52,357 nucleotides of DNA from an uncultured Clostridia bacterium (GTDB taxonomy: Bacteria; Bacillota; UBA994; UBA5500). The notes beneath the pieces are model-generated. The model did not search any database. It was not told the DNA's origin and worked only from the letters and a program-made list of their open reading frames with translations. Shown piece by piece: positions 9,864 through 18,493 of the stretch. Within the stretch, counting starts at the first letter, position 1. Each line of letters begins with the position of its first letter. Made by a program: the position numbers and the translations under genes. The stretch lies in contig CAYVCY010000001.1 in the NCBI GenBank assembly GCA_964450265.1, positions 1 through 52,357 on the forward strand. The letters run 5' to 3'.

Positions 9864-11173
9864 AGGTAGCTTTTCATACATTAGGCTGCAAAGTGAATCA
9901 AGGGGAGACAGCTGCCATGGCCCATCTCTTTCGGCAAGCAGGCTACGATGTAGTGGACTTTTCGGAAGTAGCCGATATCTATATCGTCAACACCTGTGCC
10001 GTCACCCTGCAAGCGGAGCGAAAATCGAGGCAGATGGTGCGCCGTGCCCGCGAACACAGCCAGGAAGCCCTCACCGTAATGGTCGGTTGCTATCCGCAGG
10101 TTGCTGCAGAAGAACAGCTGGCCAGCCTCAGCGAGATTGATCTGATCGTCGGCAACAATGACAAGCACAGGATTGTCGATCTGGTGGACGAGGCTAATCG
10201 GGCTAACCAGCCACTGGTGACTGTCTCTTCCTGGAGTGATTCAACCGAATTTTCCCATATTGCTGCTGGGCAGGACACACTGCGCACTCGGGCGACGCTG
10301 AAGGTTCAAGACGGCTGTCGCCAGTTCTGCGCCTATTGCATCATCCCTTATGCCCGCGGTCCTGAACGCAGCCGCCCTTTGGAAAGTGTCCTGGATGAAG
10401 CCAAGCTGCGGATAGCTGAAGGTTTCTTGGAAATCGTTCTCACTGGCATTCACTTGGGCAGTTATGGGCGGGACCTGCAGCCAGCGATGGATTTGGCCGA
10501 TCTAGTGCGCCAGGTGCTTGCCCTGCCTGGGTTAACCCGGCTGAGGCTTAGTTCCACCGAACCTAACGAGATTACCCCAGGACTCCTGCACCTGATGCGC
10601 CAACACCAGTCATTCTGTCGCCATCTCCATATCCCACTGCAGGCAGGATCCGATCCCATGCTGCAAGCAATGCACAGGCGCTACAGCATTGATGACTATA
10701 GGCAGGTGATCTCTTTGGTGCGCTCGTACGTGCCAGAGATAGCTGTTACCACCGATGTAATCGTCGGTTTCCCTGGCGAGACCGAGGAGCAGTTCTTTCG
10801 CACCTGCGATTTTGTACAGGAAATCGGTTTTAGCCGCTTACATGTCTTCCGTTACTCTCGTCGTCCAGGAACGCCAGCCGCCACTCTGCCAAATCAAATT
10901 TCTGCTGCCGAGAAAGAACGGCGCAGCCGCTTGTTGATCGGCATCGGGGAGAGATTAGCGGAGGACTATGCCCGGAGGCTATTGGGACGGACGGTGGATG
11001 TGCTCTGGGAATTTGAGCAGGATGGAGTGTGGACAGGACACACCGATACCTATGTGCAGGTCAGCACTCATAGCGAGCAGCAGCTGCAAAATCGGATTCA
11101 TCCGGCCCGTGTCACCGATCTCCGTGGCAGTGGTGTTCTTGCAGAACTGCCAGATTCTCCGCTGCGCTCATAA
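9857..11173 (+). CDS. mtaB: tRNA (N6-threonylcarbamoyl-A37) methylthiotransferase MtaB (radical SAM MTTase)
   Basis: Has an MTTase N-terminus (AFHTLGCKVNQ), the radical-SAM motif CRQFCAYC and a TRAM-like C-terminus. I prefer the ATG at 9857 (ATGTTAA overlap with the rsmE stop) over the track start at 9830. Confidence 0.85.
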   Translation: MLKVAFHTLGCKVNQGETAAMAHLFRQAGYDVVDFSEVADIYIVNTCAVTLQAERKSRQMVRRAREHSQEALTVMVGCYPQVAAEEQLASLSEIDLIVGNNDKHRIVDLVDEANRANQPLVTVSSWSDSTEFSHIAAGQDTLRTRATLKVQDGCRQFCAYCIIPYARGPERSRPLESVLDEAKLRIAEGFLEIVLTGIHLGSYGRDLQPAMDLADLVRQVLALPGLTRLRLSSTEPNEITPGLLHLMRQHQSFCRHLHIPLQAGSDPMLQAMHRRYSIDDYRQVISLVRSYVPEIAVTTDVIVGFPGETEEQFFRTCDFVQEIGFSRLHVFRYSRRPGTPAATLPNQISAAEKERRSRLLIGIGERLAEDYARRLLGRTVDVLWEFEQDGVWTGHTDTYVQVSTHSEQQLQNRIHPARVTDLRGSGVLAELPDSPLRS

Positions 11174-11187
11174 TGCCCTTCTTCCTT

Positions 11188-11301
11188 GTCATTCCGAGTG
11201 CAACGAGGAAGCTGGGTTCTTCGTTGCGCTCAGTATTGACAAGAGAACGGAAGGCTCAGAACGCCCCTTCTACCGGTCATCCCGAGTGTAGCGGGGAATG
11301 C
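11188..11301 (+). repeat. Two copies of a ~25-nt dispersed repeat (GTCATTCCGAGTGCAACGAGGAAGC / GTCATCCCGAGTGTAGCGGGGAATGC)
   Basis: The copies are at 11188-11212 and 11276-11301. A third, inverted copy is at 33863-33887. All lie in intergenic DNA downstream of mtaB or downstream of the small ORF at 33648. Confidence 0.5.
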
Positions 11302-11384
11302 AGATTCTCTGGCTGAGCAATTGTCCGGATAGGCAGGAGGATAGCTATTGCCTGTAGAATATTTATTTATAAGGGGGTGAGTGA

Positions 11385-11729
11385 ATGGCTGATTGCATTT
11401 TCTGCAAGATTCTGGCCAAGCAGGTGCCAGCGGAGGTACTGTTTGAAGATGATACGATCATGGCCTTCCGCGACATCAACCCGGTTGCACCGGTGCACAT
11501 TCTAGTCATCCCCAAGCGACACATCCAGTCCCTGGCAGAGGCTGCAGAAGACGACCAGTCTTTGCTGGGCAAGCTATTGCTGCAGGCTAACAGAGTGGCC
11601 AAAGATGAGGGACTCGGTGGCTATCGGGTAGCGATCAACGTGGGCAAGGAGGGCGGACAGGTTGTGCCGCATCTGCACGTGCATGTGATCGGTGGCCGAT
11701 CGCTGGCTGAACTGCCGGCTCTCGGTTGA
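11385..11729 (+). CDS. HIT-family (histidine triad) nucleotide hydrolase
   Basis: Begins MADCIFCKI, contains DINPVAPVHILVIPKRH and the histidine triad HLHVHVIGG. The RBS is aaggggg-7 nt-ATG. Confidence 0.88.
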   Translation: MADCIFCKILAKQVPAEVLFEDDTIMAFRDINPVAPVHILVIPKRHIQSLAEAAEDDQSLLGKLLLQANRVAKDEGLGGYRVAINVGKEGGQVVPHLHVHVIGGRSLAELPALG

Positions 11730-11754
11730 CAGTGGCTAGCCCCAGGGATATAAT
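11726..11754 (+). promoter_or_regulatory. Consensus sigma-A promoter (TTGACA-17 nt-TATAAT) upstream of rpsU
   Basis: TTGACA at 11726-11731 overlaps the HIT stop codon. TATAAT is at 11749-11754 after an exact 17-nt spacer. This implies a ~195-nt rpsU leader. Confidence 0.6.
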
Positions 11755-11770
11755 TGCAGGAGGTTCAATT

Positions 11771-11866
11771 CACAGCAACACTTCAGTGCTGCAGGCAAAG
11801 GCCTGCTTTCTGTCGAAAGACTCGCCTTAGTGGGCATTCTTTCTGCGAAAGATTTGCCTTAGTGAT
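11771..11866 (-). repeat. Family-1 composite hairpin repeat: two 32-33-nt units plus a terminal hairpin, in inverted orientation, inside the rpsU leader
   Basis: The reverse complement reads CAATCACTAAGGCAAATCTTTCGCAGAAAGAATGCC / CACTAAGGCGAGTCTTTCGACAGAAAGCAGGCC / ..GCAGCACTGAAGTGTTGCTGTG. It aligns with the copies at 19658, 33024 and 33250. Confidence 0.6.
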
Positions 11867-11956
11867 TGAACCTTACCCTGTGCCTAATCCGAGTCACAGT
11901 GTTAGAGACAGCAAAACTCCGAGCATCTTCCACATGGCGGAGGGAGGGAGAACTGA

Positions 11957-12139
11957 GTGGCCGAAGTAAGGGTCCGAAAAGACGAGTCTTTAGACAGCGC
12001 ATTGCGCCGTTTTAAACGTCAATGTCAACGCTCTGGTGTGCTTTCCGAGGCTAGGAGGCGTGAGCACTATGAAAAGCCTAGCGTGAAGAAGAAGAAAAAG
12101 GCGGAGGCAGCCAAGAAGAAGAAGCGCCGTTTCTATTAG
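11957..12139 (+). CDS. rpsU: 30S ribosomal protein S21
   Basis: The translation [48 protein letters not shown].. is a typical S21. A GTG start follows a ggagggaggga RBS. Confidence 0.95.
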   Translation: MAEVRVRKDESLDSALRRFKRQCQRSGVLSEARRREHYEKPSVKKKKKAEAAKKKKRRFY

Positions 12140-12274
12140 TACGGTGTTAACGGGCGCCGGTAGGCGACTGCCGCCCCATTTAGATGGCAGGGTTAGCCGG
12201 TTGCACAAACCTGCTGAGTAAAATGGCACCGCTTCTCAGTGCGGTCAATAGCATTCTTGGTCTCTGGAACCAGC

Positions 12275-12308
12275 GGCATGGTCGTATTTTGCGACTATGC
12301 CGTTTTTC
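12275..12308 (+). terminator. Rho-independent terminator about 135 nt downstream of rpsU
   Basis: GGCATGGTCG-tatttt-(G)CGACTATGCC forms a 10-bp stem with one G-U pair. GTTTTTC follows. Confidence 0.6.
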
Positions 12309-12640
12309 ATGCTGTGGGACGGAGGGCCTGGCCCTACGGTGGGGCTGGGGGACGGATACTGCTGTGGGACTGGGGGACGGGTACTCTGTACCGCTCTTCG
12401 GAACGGGACAGAGTACCTGTCCCACTGTCCCACACCCCTGTCGCGCCAGCGACCGGGCGAGTGCGTTCTCTCCCTCCGTCATGGCCATCGCCATGCCACC
12501 TCCCTCATCAGAGGGAGGCAAGTCTTGGCCCCTCTGCGAGGGGGCTGTCACGAAGTGACTGGGGGAGAACGGGGCTGTGGGCGACAACCCACTGTCCCCA
12601 CGCCTATCCTCTGCGTCTTTTGACTGGACAACCGGCATAG
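12309..12640. repeat. G/C-rich cluster of degenerate repeats and hairpins (family 3), including a ~31-bp-arm imperfect palindrome at 12363-12434
   Basis: The motifs CTGTGGGAC / GGGGGACGG / GTCCCACTGTCCCAC recur in both orientations. Perfect small hairpins are CCTCCCTC-atca-GAGGGAGG, GCCCCTC-tgc-GAGGGGC and GTCAC-gaa-GTGAC. The overlapping ORFs on both strands look like artefacts. Confidence 0.5.
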
Positions 12641-12673
12641 ATCTGTAAGAGAAGAGCAGTAGGGGGAGATGGG

Positions 12674-12976
12674 ATGTCCAAGGAAAAGCCGGCTTTGAAA
12701 GGTGCCACCAAAAATGCGTTCCAGGGTCTGCTCACCGACGTCTTTGAGCTTCCCAAGGATCTGATCTTAAACTTGCCTCGGGTTACGATGGTCGGCAACA
12801 TTCAGCTAACTCTGGAAAATCACCGGGGGGTGATCGAGTACTCAGCCAGCCGTGTTTGCGTGGCCGTAGCCAAGGGGGAGCTGATCGTGAAAGGACAGAG
12901 GCTGCAGATTCGCTCTATAGTGGCGGAAGAAATAGTGATCGATGGATTGATCAGTGAGGTTGCTTATGCTAACTGA
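12674..12976 (+). CDS. yqfC: Sporulation protein YqfC
   Basis: Contains ..LPRVTMVGNIQLTLENHRGVIEYSASRV..GELIVKGQRLQIRSI..EEIVIDGLISEV.. (the YabP/YqfC fold). It is 100 aa and lies directly upstream of yqfD. Confidence 0.9.
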   Translation: MSKEKPALKGATKNAFQGLLTDVFELPKDLILNLPRVTMVGNIQLTLENHRGVIEYSASRVCVAVAKGELIVKGQRLQIRSIVAEEIVIDGLISEVAYAN

Positions 12977-13004
12977 CGGGGCTTAAGGCGAGGAGGGATA
13001 ACAG

Positions 13005-14216
13005 ATGCTGGTGAGCCGTTTGATGGCGCTATTCTCGGGCTATCTAGCCATCAGTTTTATCGGGGCTAGGGTCGAGCGACTGATCAACCTATGCCTCCAG
13101 CAAGGCATCCCTATCTGGGATATCTATACCACCAGGAATGGCGTGGTTGTAGGAAAGACCAGCATCAGCGGTTTTCGCCGCATGCGGCCGGTGGTGAGGA
13201 AGTCGGGCGTGAGGGTGCGCATCATTAAGCGACGAGGTTTACCATTCCTGGTGCAGAAGCTCTGGCAGCGCTCCGCATTTACTGCCGGGGCCCTGCTGTT
13301 CATTTTCGGTCTCTACCTGATGGGCTCGGTAATTTGGTTTGTGGAAGTAACGGGGACCGAGGATCTGTCTCCGTCCATCGTGTTGCAGGCTGCGGCGCAG
13401 TTGGGTGTGCGGCCGGGCGCTTGGCGCAACCACTTGCTATCCTCGGAGCTATCGCGGGAATTGGTGTTGTTGGTACCAGAACTCTCATGGGCAGGTGTAG
13501 AACTGAGAGGTTCTCGTGCTACAATAGAAGTGGTGGAAAAGAAATTGGTCGCCGTGCAGCCGAAACCAGCAGGCGATGTGGTTGCGCTAAAGGGCGGGGT
13601 GATCAACAAGATCGTGCCCATGAATGGTCAAGCCGCGGTGAAAGCCGGCGATACCGTGCAGCCAGGCCAGGTTCTGATCAATGGCTGTTTTCGGGTTGAG
13701 GATGATACTGAAATGCGATATGTCCATGCGGAAGGAATAGTCACTGCCCGTGTCTGGTACGAAGGCAATGGGGTCAGTGCCCTCAGGCGTCTGAGCCGCC
13801 GGCCTACAGGGAACACTTATATTCGAGATGTGCTGATCATCGGAGGGCGGGCACTGATGCTAAGAGGTGCTACGGAGATCCCTTTTGACCTTTATGAAGT
13901 GGAACAGCAGTCTGTCCCCTTAATTTGGAGGAATCTTGGTGCGCCTGTAGAACATATTGTAGAGACTTATTCGGAACTGGTGGAAGAATACGAGCAAGTC
14001 AGCTTTGCCGAGGCTCAGTCAGAAGCCCTGGAGATAGCCCGACAGTCAGCTCTGGAACAGTTGCCGGATGATGTGACGATAGCAGACCAGATCATCCAAA
14101 CCGAGCTGCTCTCCGATCAGAATACCGTCCAGGTTCGCCTGGTCATAGAAACCACCGAGGCTATCGGGGGATTTGTGGAAATAAGCGTCCCCCCCGGACA
14201 AGGAGGAAACCAGTAG
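13005..14216 (+). CDS. yqfD: Sporulation protein YqfD (stage IV sporulation family)
   Basis: The N-terminus (FSGYLAISFIGARVERLINLCLQQGIPIWDI), a central TM segment and conserved yqfC-yqfD-phoH synteny support the call. It is 403 aa. Confidence 0.9.
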   Translation: MLVSRLMALFSGYLAISFIGARVERLINLCLQQGIPIWDIYTTRNGVVVGKTSISGFRRMRPVVRKSGVRVRIIKRRGLPFLVQKLWQRSAFTAGALLFIFGLYLMGSVIWFVEVTGTEDLSPSIVLQAAAQLGVRPGAWRNHLLSSELSRELVLLVPELSWAGVELRGSRATIEVVEKKLVAVQPKPAGDVVALKGGVINKIVPMNGQAAVKAGDTVQPGQVLINGCFRVEDDTEMRYVHAEGIVTARVWYEGNGVSALRRLSRRPTGNTYIRDVLIIGGRALMLRGATEIPFDLYEVEQQSVPLIWRNLGAPVEHIVETYSELVEEYEQVSFAEAQSEALEIARQSALEQLPDDVTIADQIIQTELLSDQNTVQVRLVIETTEAIGGFVEISVPPGQGGNQ

Positions 14217-15197
14217 TTGAATTCGCAGCTTGAACAGCAGACTAAGCAAGTTTTGATCAGAGATATTGAAGAAGCCCAATCCATCCTCGGGCGTCATGAC
14301 GAAAATCTGCAGGCTATTGAGTCGGCGATTCCGGTGAACATCGGTGTGCGCGGTGGGGAACTGACCATCACTGGAGCACCCGCGGAAGTGACCAAGGTGG
14401 AGTCCCTGCTGACCCGCCTTTTGGAATTGTACAGAAGGGGTACGCCGATCGGCATCCGGGAAGTGACCTATGCCTTGAGGTTGATCGAGGATGGACAAGA
14501 CCCCAATCTTGAGGAGATCTATTCCGACACGATCATCACCACTTCCCGCGGAAAGCAAGTGAGGCCGAAGACCAAGGGTCAGAAGCAGTACGTGCAGCAG
14601 CTGAAGCAAAACGACATCGTGTTTGCCATCGGTCCAGCCGGGACTGGTAAGACGTATCTGGCCATGGCGGTGGCCGTAGCTGCTCTGCGCAACCGGGAGG
14701 TCAGCCGTTTGGTCCTCACTCGGCCAGCGGTGGAAGCCGGTGAAAAGCTGGGCTTCTTGCCAGGGGATTTGCAGGAGAAGGTAGACCCTTATCTGCGCCC
14801 GCTTTATGATGCCTTGTTCGATATTATGGGGCAAGACAACTATCAGAAACACGTGGAACGGGGGATTATTGAAGTAGCGCCTCTGGCGTATATGCGCGGA
14901 CGTACTTTGGATGATGCCTACATCATCCTAGACGAAGCACAGAACTCCACTCCGGAACAGATGAAGATGTTTCTTACGCGCCTTGGCTTCGGTTCCAAGG
15001 CGGTGGTTACCGGTGATGTCACGCAGATCGACCTGCCGCGAGGGAAGGTGAGCGGACTTCAGGATGCGCGCAGAGTGCTGGGCAAGGTGAAGGGGATTGG
15101 TTTTGCCTATTTTACCGAACAGGATGTTGTCCGGCACGCGCTGGTGCAGAGGATCATTAAAGCCTATGAGGTTGCCAGTAGAAGATCCAGTAGATAG
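14217..15197 (+). CDS. phoH: PhoH-like ATPase (YbeZ/PhoH family)
   Basis: Has a Walker A motif (GPAGTGKTYLA), DEAQN and VVTGDVTQIDLP. A TTG start follows aaggagga-9 nt. Confidence 0.9.
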   Translation: MNSQLEQQTKQVLIRDIEEAQSILGRHDENLQAIESAIPVNIGVRGGELTITGAPAEVTKVESLLTRLLELYRRGTPIGIREVTYALRLIEDGQDPNLEEIYSDTIITTSRGKQVRPKTKGQKQYVQQLKQNDIVFAIGPAGTGKTYLAMAVAVAALRNREVSRLVLTRPAVEAGEKLGFLPGDLQEKVDPYLRPLYDALFDIMGQDNYQKHVERGIIEVAPLAYMRGRTLDDAYIILDEAQNSTPEQMKMFLTRLGFGSKAVVTGDVTQIDLPRGKVSGLQDARRVLGKVKGIGFAYFTEQDVVRHALVQRIIKAYEVASRRSSR

Positions 15198-15230
15198 AGT
15201 GCGATAAGATATAGTGGAGGAGGGGTTGGC

Positions 15231-17309
15231 ATGGCGAAAAGAACAGCGGATATTCGGCTGACCCGTCGCGTCTGGCGAAAGCCGGGTCTGCGCCGGGCTT
15301 CGTTGCTGGTTGTAGTCTATGCTGTGCTCTCGGTCCTGCTGTTCCTTAGTCTGCTCCCCGAATCGGTACAGTTGGAGGTTGGACAAGCCAGCCCGCGGTA
15401 TATCGGCGCGCCGCGCACCGTGGAAGATCAGTACACCACGGAGAAGTTGAAGGAACAAGCCAGGCAGAGTGTGAAGGATATTTTCGAACAGGATCCTAAT
15501 GTCCCCATCTTAACCAGTGATGAAGTGGATGAGATCTTTGGCCTGTTTCTGAGCGTGTTTGAAGCTGCAGAAACAGCTGAAGAACGGTTGGAGCTGATCC
15601 GTCCGCAACTGTCTGTCGATCTACCCGACGACCTTGTGCGGCTGGGGCTGGGCCTGGGCAGCGACGCCAACCGTCAGCTGGCCGGAATGCTGAACCAGTT
15701 GCTGGGAGAGGCGTATGCCCGAGGGATCAAGGCAGAGGCGCTAGCCTCTTCGGAAGAGCAGCTGCAGCGGGATATAGATCGGCTGTACATCAGCGAAGGT
15801 CAAAAAAGCCTGCTGCGCCAGATCGGTATCCAGCTACTTAGGCCGAACATGCTTTACAACGCCTTAGCCACGGATCAATTGCGCCAGGAGGCTGAGTCCC
15901 GGGTGCTGCCGGTACGGGTACAGAAAGGGCAAAAGATCGTCGGCCAAGGGGAAATCGCCACCGAAAGAGAAATCCGTCTGCTGGAAGATCTTGGTCTGCT
16001 ACGACCAGCCTTGAACTGGATGCTGGCCGCAGGTTCCTTCGCTTTCATGCTGGTGGCTTTATTGCCCATCTTCTTTTACTTGTGGCTGTTTAGGCCGGAC
16101 GTCTGGCGTGACAGTAAGCAGTTGATCCTGATCGGTCTGATTCTCTTGCTCACCGGGATAATCTGTCGGGTGAGTGCAGCGCTTTCTGGCTTTATGCTGC
16201 CGGTGGCCATGGCCAGTATTCTGATCGCTGTGCTGATTGGCCCTCGGCTGGGCGCGGTGGCCAGCGTGAGCATGGCCTTGATTGCTACTGCTTTGTCGGG
16301 TTTTGAACTCGCCACCTTTGGGGTAAGCCTGGCTGGTGGCATGGCGGGAGCGTTCGGCGTATCCAGGATGCATCAGCGGTTTGATTTGGTGCGGGCAGGG
16401 GCAGTGATCGCCGGCATCGCCAGCCTGGCTACGGTAGCCTTTGGGCTACTGCTCGGCACCGGTTGGAGAGAGCTGCTGGGTGACGTGATGGGAGCCGCCG
16501 CCGGAGGCGTCCTTTCCGCTATCTTGGGGTTTGGCGTCCTTCCTTTTCTGGAGCGCCCTTTTGGAATTGCTTCCACGATCAAGTTACTAGAGCTGTCCAA
16601 CCCAACCCATCCGCTGCTCAGGCGTCTGTTGGTGGAAGCACCCGGTACCTACAACCACAGTATCATCGTCGCTAACCTGGCGGAGGCTGCCGCCGAGGCG
16701 GTGGGAGGCAATGGGCTGCTAGCACGGGTAGGTGCCTATTACCATGATGTGGGCAAGATCAAACGCCCCTACTTTTTCATCGAGAATCAATTTATGATGG
16801 AGAATCCTCACGATAAGTATCCGCCGTCCCTGAGCGCCTTGGTGATCACTTCCCATGTCAAGGATGGGGTGGAGTTGGTCAGGGAGAATAAGCTGCCAGA
16901 AGTGTTGGCTGATATAGTGCAGCAGCATCATGGCACCACCCTGGTCGGGTATTTTTTCCACAAGGCGAAAGAGAACTGCGACGTGAACGAAGAGGATTAC
17001 CGTTATCCAGGACCGACCCCCAGGACCAAAGAAGCCGCGATCATCATGTTGGCTGACTCGGTGGAAGCTGCTGTACGTTCCTTGTCACAGCCGACCCCCG
17101 GGCGAATAGATAGTCTGGTGCGAAAGATTATCAAGGAGAGGTTGAATGACGGACAGCTGGACGAATGCGATATTACCTTGCGACAACTGGACCAGGTTGG
17201 AACAGCCTTTGTGCATATCTTGAGTGGGATCTTCCATAAACGAATTGAGTATCCCGAAAAGTTGCCTGACGGCGAGAAGGTGAAAGTAGATGATCTTGAT
17301 TCAAAATGA
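15231..17309 (+). CDS. pgpH: 7TM-receptor HD-domain phosphohydrolase (YqfF/PgpH family; cyclic-di-AMP phosphodiesterase in characterized homologs)
   Basis: Has an extracellular N-terminal domain, a ~7-TM block and a C-terminal HD domain (HSIIVANLAE..YYHDVGK..HHG). The position between phoH and ybeY is conserved. Confidence 0.85.
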   Translation: MAKRTADIRLTRRVWRKPGLRRASLLVVVYAVLSVLLFLSLLPESVQLEVGQASPRYIGAPRTVEDQYTTEKLKEQARQSVKDIFEQDPNVPILTSDEVDEIFGLFLSVFEAAETAEERLELIRPQLSVDLPDDLVRLGLGLGSDANRQLAGMLNQLLGEAYARGIKAEALASSEEQLQRDIDRLYISEGQKSLLRQIGIQLLRPNMLYNALATDQLRQEAESRVLPVRVQKGQKIVGQGEIATEREIRLLEDLGLLRPALNWMLAAGSFAFMLVALLPIFFYLWLFRPDVWRDSKQLILIGLILLLTGIICRVSAALSGFMLPVAMASILIAVLIGPRLGAVASVSMALIATALSGFELATFGVSLAGGMAGAFGVSRMHQRFDLVRAGAVIAGIASLATVAFGLLLGTGWRELLGDVMGAAAGGVLSAILGFGVLPFLERPFGIASTIKLLELSNPTHPLLRRLLVEAPGTYNHSIIVANLAEAAAEAVGGNGLLARVGAYYHDVGKIKRPYFFIENQFMMENPHDKYPPSLSALVITSHVKDGVELVRENKLPEVLADIVQQHHGTTLVGYFFHKAKENCDVNEEDYRYPGPTPRTKEAAIIMLADSVEAAVRSLSQPTPGRIDSLVRKIIKERLNDGQLDECDITLRQLDQVGTAFVHILSGIFHKRIEYPEKLPDGEKVKVDDLDSK

Positions 17310-17742
17310 TCAGGACTCAGTCGCCTGCTCCGACCAGCTACTGCAGCTGTGCGAGCAGACCCTCGGCAAGGCAATCGCTTGGTTGCAGTTGCCGACCGAG
17401 GTAGAAGTGAGCGTGGTATTGGCTGATGATGAGACCATCCGTCAGCTGAATCGTCAATATCGCCAGGTGGATGCTTCCACAGACGTGCTCTCTTTCTCTC
17501 AATTGGAGGGGGAGGAGCTGATCGATGTCGGCGATACGGTCGTTTTAGGAGATATTGTGATCAGCCTGCAGAGAGCGGTGGAACAAGCGGATAGATACCA
17601 GCATTCATTGGAACGGGAGCTGGCATTCTTGTTGGTGCACGGGTTACTGCATCTCTTAGGGTATGATCACGATCAGCAATTTGAAGGTGAGATGCGTGAT
17701 CGGCAGACGGCTGTGTTACGGGCGATCGGAATTGAACGATAA
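17290..17742 (+). CDS. ybeY: rRNA maturation endoribonuclease YbeY
   Basis: Carries the zinc motif HGLLHLLGYDH. It is 150 aa and overlaps the end of the HD-domain gene by 20 nt. Confidence 0.9.
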   Translation: MILIQNDQDSVACSDQLLQLCEQTLGKAIAWLQLPTEVEVSVVLADDETIRQLNRQYRQVDASTDVLSFSQLEGEELIDVGDTVVLGDIVISLQRAVEQADRYQHSLERELAFLLVHGLLHLLGYDHDQQFEGEMRDRQTAVLRAIGIER

Positions 17743-18421
17743 CCAGCGCCAGCCGCACCCTCTGGCGAGCAGCTTCCGGTATGCCGGACGTGGTTTGTGG
17801 CTTGCTTTCTGCCAGCGCAACTTTCGCTTCCACCTGCTGGCCACCGTATCAGTCTTGTTTTCCGGTTGGTGGTTTGGAATTTCCCCTTGGCAATGGGGAT
17901 TGCTGACCGTGGCAATTACTTTGGTGGTAGCTATGGAGATTATCAATACAGCCGTGGAGTACGTGGTTGATTTGGCGTCGCCCGGGTACGCTGAATTGGC
18001 CCGCATGGCCAAGGATGTGGCGGCCGGGGCGGTTCTGATCACCGCCTTGGCCGCTTTAGCGCTAGGCAACCTGATCTTCGCGCCGTCCCTGGCACCTTGG
18101 TTAATGGCAGCGCGGGACTCTGTAGCTCGGTTGTCTGCTCCCATGGCTGTGGGCATCGCTATCTCGGCAGGAGTGCTGCAGGCGGACCTTTGGTTCCGGG
18201 CCAACGGCGCAGAACGCCGTTTGCTTTGCTTGTCACTAGCAGCAGTCCCATTATGGGCGCGGCTGTTTGTTGCATGGCCCAGCCTACCGCTGATTACTGG
18301 GTTAACATTGTTGTCTCTTGCTATGTGGGCGCGGGCATCAGGTTGGCCGCCGGTGCCATTTCTAGCTAGACTTCCGGCGGAAGCCGTTTTCTGGTTATGG
18401 TTTTGGCAACAGCTCCGCTGA
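17696..18421 (+). CDS. dgkA: Diacylglycerol/undecaprenol kinase DgkA with a ~110-aa hydrophobic C-terminal extension
   Basis: The DgkA core reads SFRYAGRGLW..NFRFH..EIINTAVEYVVDL..AKDVAAGAVL. The start is uncertain: GTG 17696 (aaggtga RBS), TTG 17732 or ATG 17663. The reading frame continues without a stop through about three more predicted TM helices. Confidence 0.75.
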   Translation: MIGRRLCYGRSELNDNQRQPHPLASSFRYAGRGLWLAFCQRNFRFHLLATVSVLFSGWWFGISPWQWGLLTVAITLVVAMEIINTAVEYVVDLASPGYAELARMAKDVAAGAVLITALAALALGNLIFAPSLAPWLMAARDSVARLSAPMAVGIAISAGVLQADLWFRANGAERRLLCLSLAAVPLWARLFVAWPSLPLITGLTLLSLAMWARASGWPPVPFLARLPAEAVFWLWFWQQLR

Positions 18422-18493
18422 TCGGCCAACTCCGTGTAGCGCTAGGGAACATGTCCGGGGCAGCTGCGTATATGATAATAGGTGTTGCTAGAT

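Noticed and set aside
12180-12640. Five overlapping ORFs of 62-152 aa on both strands between rpsU and yqfC
   Set aside because: They overlap one another in several frames within G/C-rich repeat DNA and lack RBSs. Their translations are low-complexity (G/P/R/W-rich) and follow the repeat units. They are almost certainly ORF-caller artefacts.
12600-12673. A sporulation sigma-E/K-type promoter upstream of yqfC (..GGCATAGATCT..)
   Set aside because: There is only a loose resemblance to the CATA-type -10 element and no convincing -35. I cannot support it from sequence alone.
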